A stretch of DNA of 64,000 nucleotides from Bacteroidota bacterium (GTDB taxonomy: Bacteria; Bacteroidota; Bacteroidia; J057; JADKCL01): NCBI GenBank assembly GCA_031424495.1, contig JANPHP010000343.1, positions 11,218 through 75,217 on the forward strand. The letters run 5' to 3'. Positions 56,669 to 64,000 of this stretch are shown piece by piece (positions within the stretch are counted from its first letter, which is position 1; each line of letters starts with the position of its first letter). The notes beneath the pieces were generated by a model, which made no database searches, had not been told where the DNA came from, and saw only the letters and a list, made by a program, of their open reading frames with translations. A program made the translations under genes and the position numbers.

Positions 56669-59600
56669 ATTCTGATCTATTTGGAGGCGTATCCTTTGGG
56701 CGTTTCCAGCTTGCCAGACTTCTACAATGTACATGCCACTGGCTATGCCTTTGAGATCTAGTTTGCAGCTTGACCGTTGCGACGTGACTTGGGAGAGGAT
56801 GGTGCGTCCTTGCAAATCGATCAGTTTCACGGTTGCTGTGCCTAGGTCTTCGACCGCCCATGAGACCGTCACCATTTCTGATGCCGGGTTGGGAATCAGT
56901 ACCAAGCCACTATTTTGGCTTTGATCGACGTGCACCATCGTGACGTCGCGCAGCACCATGCTGTAGTCCTCGACCTCGCCAAAGTAGTTGTTACATGGGT
57001 CGGCGACCAAGTTGTTGCCGTAGATGCAGCGCACGCGCATCACGACTGTGTCGGGAATGATCGGCACGTGAGGCACTGTAAACGATGCATAACTCTTGTG
57101 ATCGCTATCAAGATCGCTCATCACCGCCTGTTCGGTGGCTTGGAAGTCGCCATCATGATTCCAGTCGATCCAGAGAAACATCGAGTCTGAGGTGAATGAG
57201 TAATTGAGCGATGCCATGAGGGAATAGCTGCTGTCGCGGTACAGATCGGTATAGGTCGATCTGAAGTCGCCGTAGTAGTCTTGGGCGGATGCATTGTTCA
57301 GCGCGGCGACGCGCACCGTGTCGATGAAGTCAAATGTCGTGCCTGCTGAGCCGGAGGCTGGGCAAGGAATACCCAGTTTGACCAGGTACATCAGCCGCTC
57401 GGTGCGGGCACTGTCGCCATTGGGAGCCGTGCCTGTGATGCGGTAGTAGACATGGGTGCCTTGCGGCTGCTGCGGAATCGTAGCTCTGAAGGTGTCGCCT
57501 TGCAGGTGTTGCATGGCGACGAGATTGGCTTGACTTCCGACACTGATGCCCCAGCGCAGGGCAGCGCTCTGGATGCCACCTGCGTTGCGGATCACGGCGG
57601 TAACTTGAACAGTATCCGATGGTTTGGGTCGCAGCCCAAAACTGGCAGGGTTCGTGATCACCTTCACGATTTGAGGCTTGCCTTCGCGGCCCGGGATCGG
57701 CGCCTCCCAGACGCCACGGCCCCAAGTGCCGACGCGGATCAGGCCCGCGCCTTCCAATACCTCCAAGTCGTTGATGACGACAGCCGGCAGGCTGTCGGCG
57801 TAGAGCGTCCAAGTACTCGTGCCCGCATCCGCATAATACACACCTACATCCATGCCCAAGAGCATGCGCGCAGGAGGGCCAGCGGTAAAGGCTAGCGCAT
57901 CTGCAGGCAGATTGGGCAGGTTGCCTGTGCGATTGACCCAGGTGGTGCCGCCATTGCTGCTTGTGAAAACTTTGTTGGCGGCGTTGAATCCGCTCATGCA
58001 GACGGCAACTTGATCTGGGTCGTCGGGGTGAACCGCAATGCGGTTGATGTACAAATTGGGCAATCCGGCATTCACATAAGTCCAATTATGGCCATTGTTG
58101 GTGCTGCGCTTGATCTCGCTGCCGCGCGAGACATAGAGCCTGTTGGAGTCGCTCGGGGCGATGGCGATTTCGTCGTGGTTGCCGCCTTGCAGGCCTGCGA
58201 GGCCCTGCCAAGTGTCGCCATTGTCATTGCTTTTGAAAATCGAATCGTAGGCCATGAAAATCGTATTCTCATTGCTCGGGTCGATGACTGAGGGCGTGAT
58301 CCAGGTGCCATTGGAGGTTGGGGAAACGCCGACAGCGTTTTGGCCACCTTGGTCGGTGCGTTGTAGGTTGCCGTTTTGGATGGTGCCAAACCAGATCTCC
58401 GGATTGTTCCAGTCAAAGTGGGCTTGCATACCATCCGCCCCGATCCACTCATGCCAGACCCCATTGAGCATCGCACTGGTCCCATTGTCTTGCGAGCCGC
58501 CCACGATGTCTTCGGCATCCATCACCGAGCAACCGATGCGGTAAAACTCCTTGACGCCAACGCCTTGATTGATCTTGGTCCAGGTCTGCCCATTGTCGCT
58601 GCTGTAGCCGAGAAAGCCATCTGTGCCTGTGAAAATGCGATTTCCCCAAGTCCGGAAGACCCGCATGTCGGCATGGAGATAATTGTTGCCAAAGAAGTTG
58701 GTCCATTCGGCAAAGACGGTCCAGTTGAGGCCGCCATTGATGCTTTTGTATTGGTTGAGGCTGCCGGCATAGATTTCATTGGGTTGCGTGGCCGAGACGC
58801 CGAGGGTCATGATGCCCGAGTTGGTGGGATCCACGCTGATGCTGGACCAAGTGATGCCTTGGTCAGTGCTTTTGAAAATGCCCGATCCCGAGCCGACATA
58901 GAGCCAATCGGGCGCGGCGGCGCTCACGGCCATGAAGGGGTAGCCATTCTGCCCAGCGATGGCATGATTGGTCCAAGTCTGGCCGCCATTGGTGCTGCGG
59001 CGCAACTGGTTGTAGCTGTTGCTGTCGAATGCATACAAGACCTGCGAATTGGTGGGGTGGCCCACCATTGTGGTGATGTTGCCATTGTAGCAGCTCGTCC
59101 AGGCGTTGCCGCCGTCGACGCTGCGTTGGACGCCGCTGTTGGTGGAGACAAAAAAGGAGTCGGCGCTGGCCATTACAAATTCGCCAGCGTAGGCCTGTTG
59201 CTGGGTGTAGCTGAGGCCCGTCGTGCCCCAGGTCTCGCCAAAGTCTGTGCTTTTGAGCAGGCCATAGCTGTAGCCGGCGGCGTGGCGGGTGAGGATCCAG
59301 ACCTCGTTGCGGCGGTCAGGGTGCACCTCGATGTCCACGACGCCCACGGCTGGCAGGTCTTGCGTGGTTGCATGCCAATTGAGGCCGCCATCGGTGGTTT
59401 TCCAGAATCCACCGCTTCGCGAGCCGAGATAGACCGTGTCCGCGGTGACGGCACCGCCCCAGACGGCGGCGATTTGGCCGAGACCAGCCGCCCAGCTGGG
59501 CGGCAAGATATTGCCAGCGCTGCTCGGGCCTCTGACGGTCCAGCTGCCCGGCATGCCGGCAGCCTTGGCTGTGGGCTGGGTAGCGATGAATTGGCTATAT

Positions 59601-59866
59601 TCCTTGGTGGCGATTTGTGCATCAAATTGGCTGCGGTCGCCGCTGGGGTAAAATCGGCGCTCGTACTCGTAGCGCCAGCGCTGGTAGGTCTTCCAGCCTT
59701 TGCCTGGGCCCGTGCCATTGGCCGCAAACCATGCATCCGCCTCTTGGATCAGCGCATTCACATTCACATTGGGATCAAAATATTTCTGCTTGAATGGCTG
59801 GCTCAGGGCCATTAGGGGCAGTAGTGTGAGCAGGAAAATGGCGGCGTAGCGCAGAGCAGATTTCAT
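56666..59866 (-). CDS. T9SS-secreted BNR/Asp-box (VPS10-like) propeller protein with GEVED domain
   Basis: Many (S/T).(D/N)GG..W boxes, GTWGRG, FGEVEDY. CTD IPNPA...SGMYIV. Confidence 0.9.
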   Translation of the reverse strand: MKSALRYAAIFLLTLLPLMALSQPFKQKYFDPNVNVNALIQEADAWFAANGTGPGKGWKTYQRWRYEYERRFYPSGDRSQFDAQIATKEYSQFIATQPTAKAAGMPGSWTVRGPSSAGNILPPSWAAGLGQIAAVWGGAVTADTVYLGSRSGGFWKTTDGGLNWHATTQDLPAVGVVDIEVHPDRRNEVWILTRHAAGYSYGLLKSTDFGETWGTTGLSYTQQQAYAGEFVMASADSFFVSTNSGVQRSVDGGNAWTSCYNGNITTMVGHPTNSQVLYAFDSNSYNQLRRSTNGGQTWTNHAIAGQNGYPFMAVSAAAPDWLYVGSGSGIFKSTDQGITWSSISVDPTNSGIMTLGVSATQPNEIYAGSLNQYKSINGGLNWTVFAEWTNFFGNNYLHADMRVFRTWGNRIFTGTDGFLGYSSDNGQTWTKINQGVGVKEFYRIGCSVMDAEDIVGGSQDNGTSAMLNGVWHEWIGADGMQAHFDWNNPEIWFGTIQNGNLQRTDQGGQNAVGVSPTSNGTWITPSVIDPSNENTIFMAYDSIFKSNDNGDTWQGLAGLQGGNHDEIAIAPSDSNRLYVSRGSEIKRSTNNGHNWTYVNAGLPNLYINRIAVHPDDPDQVAVCMSGFNAANKVFTSSNGGTTWVNRTGNLPNLPADALAFTAGPPARMLLGMDVGVYYADAGTSTWTLYADSLPAVVINDLEVLEGAGLIRVGTWGRGVWEAPIPGREGKPQIVKVITNPASFGLRPKPSDTVQVTAVIRNAGGIQSAALRWGISVGSQANLVAMQHLQGDTFRATIPQQPQGTHVYYRITGTAPNGDSARTERLMYLVKLGIPCPASGSAGTTFDFIDTVRVAALNNASAQDYYGDFRSTYTDLYRDSSYSLMASLNYSFTSDSMFLWIDWNHDGDFQATEQAVMSDLDSDHKSYASFTVPHVPIIPDTVVMRVRCIYGNNLVADPCNNYFGEVEDYSMVLRDVTMVHVDQSQNSGLVLIPNPASEMVTVSWAVEDLGTATVKLIDLQGRTILSQVTSQRSSCKLDLKGIASGMYIVEVWQAGNAQRIRLQIDQN

Positions 59867-60006
59867 ACTTTGGTGCAATTGAGGCAGCAAGGTAGGTCTT
59901 CGCGCGTAAATGGACAAAGCAGAATTGGCGGGAGGATGACGCTCTTGCCGAATTTTAATTCATTTCAGGCGGTCGCGTGAAACGAATTGCGGGCCCAAGG
60001 CAAGCG

Positions 60007-60852
60007 CTACCTGATCTGCACGTGTAGGTGGTCATCGTGCCGCGCCGCCTGGCAGCCGTGGTAACGAATCTTGGGCGAAGACAAATCCATCCGCGCCTTG
60101 AGATGCGGCTCGATGAACATTTTGGCAATCGCAGGTTGCGCCGCAAACAGCTCCACCATGGCCTTGGTGCGTGCTTCGTCCAGCTCAAAGGCATCCTTGG
60201 ACCATTGCGGAACGATTGATTGCATGATGCTGTATTGCCAGTGGCCGCCTTGTCCACAGATGGCAGGCTGATCCTGCTCGCCTTTTTTGGGATCGGCGTA
60301 GACGCCATATCCTAGCCAAGAAGGGCTGTCATTTTTGGTTTCGCCCGTCGCAGGGTCCATGTAGCAAAACGCAAGATCGAGCTTTTTGCCATCGTCGTGG
60401 CTGCGGTGTGGCAAGAGCGAAAAGCCATCCCAAAACGGGAAATTGGCATCGAGATAATACAAATCCGTGCCCGGGAATCGCGCCGCCATCTGGTCGGCGA
60501 CCGCGATTGTCGCCTCGCGCAGCTCGGCGCGCACGTAGTGGCGATTGAGCAGACAGGTGAATGCGCGCAGCGGTCGCAAGTGCCCGCTGCCCCACATCGG
60601 CAAGGGTGCGCGGCCGAGCGGCCGCGCCAGCAAGGGCACGATGAGCAACGTCGCCACCAAGTACAAGGCCATGAAATAGCCCAGCTTGGCCAGCCGCAGC
60701 TTCCACGGATGGCTGATGCGGCGCTCGATCCAGCCTTGTGATGCGATGGCGGCCAAATAAAGCACGCCGCCCACTTGCGTGAGCACCGTAAGCAAGGCCG
60801 CCACGAGTGCGATCGCGAAAACCTTCAAGACTCTGGAAAGGATGGGAGACAT
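60007..60852 (-). CDS. Membrane-anchored MepA-like (LAS) metallopeptidase candidate
   Basis: Two or three N-terminal TMs, HRSHDDGKKLD and RHDDHLHV Zn motifs. Confidence 0.65.
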   Translation of the reverse strand: MSPILSRVLKVFAIALVAALLTVLTQVGGVLYLAAIASQGWIERRISHPWKLRLAKLGYFMALYLVATLLIVPLLARPLGRAPLPMWGSGHLRPLRAFTCLLNRHYVRAELREATIAVADQMAARFPGTDLYYLDANFPFWDGFSLLPHRSHDDGKKLDLAFCYMDPATGETKNDSPSWLGYGVYADPKKGEQDQPAICGQGGHWQYSIMQSIVPQWSKDAFELDEARTKAMVELFAAQPAIAKMFIEPHLKARMDLSSPKIRYHGCQAARHDDHLHVQIR

Positions 60853-60899
60853 CGTTGGAGTTGTACGGAATGAAAAAATAAGCGTTTGGTTGATGGAAA

Positions 60900-60928
60900 T
60901 GTTACAAAAAATGAGTATATTTGTAACA
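60900..60928 (+). promoter_or_regulatory. Inverted-repeat operator overlapping the TATATTTG promoter of the AbiE pair
   Basis: tgttacaaa-N11-tttgtaaca perfect 9-bp IR. The -7 box lies at 60916-60923. Confidence 0.7.
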
Positions 60929-60932
60929 AGAA

Positions 60933-61556
60933 ATGAATGAAAAAATGGTGGATTCTATTCATAACCAAGTAGAAATGCGGATCAAATCAAGGCCGAGAGG
61001 CACGGTCATATTTCCCGCAGACTTCAAGCAGATCGGTGGCGTCGATGCCGTAAAAATGGCCTTGTCGCGGCTCGCCAAGGAAAATACCATTGTGCGCGTA
61101 GCCCAAGGAGTTTACCTCTATCCCAAAGTAGATCGCGAGTTGGGGCAGCTGTCGGCGTCGATCGAGGCGATCGCCGAGGCGATCGCGCGGCGCGACCGTG
61201 CGCGGATCATGCCGACGGGAGTGCTTGCGATGCAATTGCTAGGCTTCTCCACCCAGGTGCCCATGAAAACGGTGTTCCTCACCGATGGATCTCCGCGTAA
61301 AATACAATTGGGGCGCCGCTCGATTACTTTCAAGCGCACTAGCCCCAAACTCTTGGCCATGAAAGGAAAAATTACTAGCTTGGTCGTTGTAGGCTTGCAG
61401 GAGCTCGGAAAAGAGGCGGTGACGCAAGAGGTCATGACATTGGTTGCGGCGGCATTGCGGCGAGAAACCAAGGAGGTGATCGCACACGATATCCTGTTGG
61501 CTCCGGCGTGGGTGGCAAGCCTCATGCAGGCAGCAATCGATCAAAACAACAATTGA
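60933..61556 (+). CDS. AbiEi-like antitoxin (DUF6088-like)
   Basis: DF......AV..ALSRL......RVAQGVY.YP, LG.STQVP and LTDG..R motifs. Confidence 0.88.
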   Translation: MNEKMVDSIHNQVEMRIKSRPRGTVIFPADFKQIGGVDAVKMALSRLAKENTIVRVAQGVYLYPKVDRELGQLSASIEAIAEAIARRDRARIMPTGVLAMQLLGFSTQVPMKTVFLTDGSPRKIQLGRRSITFKRTSPKLLAMKGKITSLVVVGLQELGKEAVTQEVMTLVAAALRRETKEVIAHDILLAPAWVASLMQAAIDQNNN

Positions 61557-61558
61557 AA

Positions 61559-62557
61559 ATGGAGTGGTACAAACTTACAGCTAGTAGAAAACGCACAATT
61601 ATCGAAGAGGTCGCGGCCCGGCAAGGACTGCCCACGCAAGCCGTCGAAAAAGATTGGTGGGTGACGCAGTGCCTTCGCGCAATTTTTCAGTCAAGCGTAG
61701 CATCCCATATCATTTTCAAAGGCGGGACATCGCTGAGCAAGGGCTGGGGGCTGATCGACCGGTTTTCGGAGGACATCGACCTTTCCATCGACCGGGAATT
61801 GTTGGGATTTTCTGGAGAATTGTCCAAAAGTCAGATCACGAAGCTCAGAAAACGATCCTGCGAATTTGTCTCAAAAGACCTTGCCACTATTGTTCAGGAT
61901 GGTTTGTCTGCGTTTGGGGCCAAGGATTTTGAAATGCACATTCCACCATCTCCCAATTCAGATACTGATCCGCAAACAATTTATGTCACCTATCCCTCCT
62001 TGGTGCCGATGTTGGACTATTTGCCAGCGAGGGTTAAGATCGAAGTCGGGGCGAGGGCATTGATGGAGCCAATCGAATCTCGGCCCATTCGTTCGATGAT
62101 AGGCCTCAGCTATGGTGACGCAGCCTTTGCCGACGATACATTTCCAGTAGCGTCGGTATTGCCGAAGCGCACTTTTTTGGAAAAGGTATTTTTGCTGCAC
62201 GAATTGCTGGCCTCTACGCCTGAGCGCGTGGGTGCAAGGTTGACAAGGCATCTCTATGATTTGGAAAGAATCATGGACACCGAGCATGGTGAGGCTGCCA
62301 TTTCGGATGTTGAATTGTTTCAACAAATCGCCAATTTCAGAAGGCAATACAACGCCATCAAAAACGTCGACTATGATATGCATCAACATGAGCATATCGC
62401 GATTGTCCCGAGCCTGCAATTTCGGTCGGCTTGGGAAGCGGATTACGAGGGCTTGGCAAGCAATATGATTTTTGGGGATGCGCTTACGTTTTCACAATTG
62501 CTGGATCGAATGGACGTTTTGCAAGCAAGATTCAATGGCGTGCCCAAGGCCAATTGA
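61559..62557 (+). CDS. AbiEii/AbiGii nucleotidyltransferase toxin
   Basis: VEKDWWV, FKGGTSLSKG..LIDRFSEDIDL, RTFLEK and RHLYD motifs. Confidence 0.92.
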   Translation: MEWYKLTASRKRTIIEEVAARQGLPTQAVEKDWWVTQCLRAIFQSSVASHIIFKGGTSLSKGWGLIDRFSEDIDLSIDRELLGFSGELSKSQITKLRKRSCEFVSKDLATIVQDGLSAFGAKDFEMHIPPSPNSDTDPQTIYVTYPSLVPMLDYLPARVKIEVGARALMEPIESRPIRSMIGLSYGDAAFADDTFPVASVLPKRTFLEKVFLLHELLASTPERVGARLTRHLYDLERIMDTEHGEAAISDVELFQQIANFRRQYNAIKNVDYDMHQHEHIAIVPSLQFRSAWEADYEGLASNMIFGDALTFSQLLDRMDVLQARFNGVPKAN

Positions 62558-62614
62558 ACCCTGTGATTCGGTTGCAGCCTCATGTTGTCATCCGAAAACC
62601 CACTAAATTGCCCC

Positions 62615-64000
62615 ATGCTTGAAAAACTCAAAGCCCTGGAGGCCATTGCCCGACAACTCGACCCTGATGCCTGTGACCGCGAAGCCTATCGCAATGCTGC
62701 CGTAGCCCACGGCGAGCAATTCCTGGAAACGATGGACAGCCTGCCAGCCTACCGGCAGACGGCAGACAAGGGCGCAGCCCTGCTCGACGCACCGATCGCC
62801 GAGCAAGGCATCGCAATGAGCCAAGCCCTGCAACTCGTGCATGACAATGTCGACCGTCCCGGTCTCAATCCGGCGAGTGGTGGGCACCTCGGCTACATCC
62901 CGGGCGGCGGCTTGTACCTGAGCGCGCTGGGCGACATGATTGCCGACATCACCAATCGTTATGCAGGCGTATTTTTTGCCAATCCCGGCGCCGTGCGCAT
63001 GGAGAATATGCTCGTGCGCTGGATGGCCGATGCCATCGGCTACCCCGAGGGCGCATCAGGGACGCTGCTCAGCGGCGGATCCCTTGCGAACCTTGCCTGC
63101 ATCGTGACTGCGCGCGATGCCATGGGCATCACGAGCAGCGAAGTGCATCGCTCGGTGATCTACCTCACCGAGCAAGTGCACCACTGCGTGACCAAGGCCT
63201 TTCGCATAGCAGGGCTCGGCGAGGCGCAGCTGCGCTACGTGCCGCTCGACCGCAACTACCGCATGGATGTGAGCGCCCTGCGGGCGCTCGTGCAGGCAGA
63301 CCAAGGCGCGGGCCTGCGGCCCTTTCTCGTGGTCGGCAGCACAGGCACCACCGACACCGGCGCGGTAGACCCCGCCGACGAGATCGCCGACGTGACCGAG
63401 CAATACAAAATGTGGCTGCACATCGACGCCGCCTACGGCGGCTTTTTCATCCTCTGCGAAGAGGGCCGGCGCGCCATCAAGGGCTTGGAGCGCAGCGACA
63501 GCATCGTCATGGATCCGCACAAGGGCCTTTTCTTGCCCTACGGCACGGGTGCGGCCCTCGTGAAAGACGGCAAGCGCCTCGCGGCTTCCCATTATTACAC
63601 CGCCAATTATCTCCAAGACGCGCTCAGCTACACCGACGAAAGCAGCCCTGCCGACTTGAGCCCCGAGCTCACGCGCCACTTCCGTGGCTTGCGCATGTGG
63701 TTGCCGCTCAAAGTGCACGGCGTCGCTGCATTCAGGGCCTGCATCGCCGAGAAGCTCTGGCTCGCGCGCTACTTTTGGGATCAGCTGGCAACCATTCCCC
63801 ACATGGAGCGCGGCCCCTATCCAGACTTGAGCGTTGTGCTTTATCGCTACGTGCCCGAGGATGGCGACGCCAATGAATTCAATGAATTGCTTGTCAAAAA
63901 CCTGCATGAAGATGGGCGGGTCTTTCTCACATCCACCAAAATCGAGGAGGTGTTTTACCTGCGCTTGGCTTGTCTATCGTTCAGGACCCACCTGCACACG
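62615..64000 (+). CDS. Group II PLP-dependent (aromatic) amino-acid decarboxylase, 3'-truncated by window edge
   Basis: Absent from the ORF track because there is no stop. Hand translation: MLEKLKALE..., SGGSLAN, GTTDTGAVD, WLHIDAAYGG, MDPHKGLFLPYG. Confidence 0.9.
   Translation, partial: MLEKLKALEAIARQLDPDACDREAYRNAAVAHGEQFLETMDSLPAYRQTADKGAALLDAPIAEQGIAMSQALQLVHDNVDRPGLNPASGGHLGYIPGGGLYLSALGDMIADITNRYAGVFFANPGAVRMENMLVRWMADAIGYPEGASGTLLSGGSLANLACIVTARDAMGITSSEVHRSVIYLTEQVHHCVTKAFRIAGLGEAQLRYVPLDRNYRMDVSALRALVQADQGAGLRPFLVVGSTGTTDTGAVDPADEIADVTEQYKMWLHIDAAYGGFFILCEEGRRAIKGLERSDSIVMDPHKGLFLPYGTGAALVKDGKRLAASHYYTANYLQDALSYTDESSPADLSPELTRHFRGLRMWLPLKVHGVAAFRACIAEKLWLARYFWDQLATIPHMERGPYPDLSVVLYRYVPEDGDANEFNELLVKNLHEDGRVFLTSTKIEEVFYLRLACLSFRTHLHT

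Overview
A gene-dense 64 kb chromosomal segment of a Bacteroidota bacterium, supported by five type IX secretion (T9SS) cargo proteins, a PorV-like barrel and TAnnTTTG promoters. About 62 CDSs can be supported; the first (TonB receptor) and last (PLP decarboxylase) run off the window edges. No rRNA, tRNA, CRISPR array, integrase or transposase was seen. Housekeeping and accessory content includes thiD, a thiE/tenI-like gene, ppa, accC, cbpA, alkB, an arginine deiminase-like gene, a B12 radical SAM gene and two AbiEi/AbiEii type IV TA pairs. The most notable observations are: (1) a five-gene operon linking a peptidoglycan-binding protein, a coiled-coil protein, a longin/roadblock-like protein, a Rab-like small GTPase and an orphan histidine kinase; (2) an MltD-like LysM protein lacking its catalytic Glu, heading an SGNH-SGNH-MBOAT O-acetylation operon; (3) several unrelated non-coding palindromic or repeat elements, one of which has terminal inverted repeats that supply the stop codons of both flanking genes; (4) a TsdA/SoxA-like diheme cytochrome; (5) six promoters positioned for leaderless translation; (6) an uncalled 44-aa membrane ORF. 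All family assignments come from motifs recognised by eye, not from database searches.
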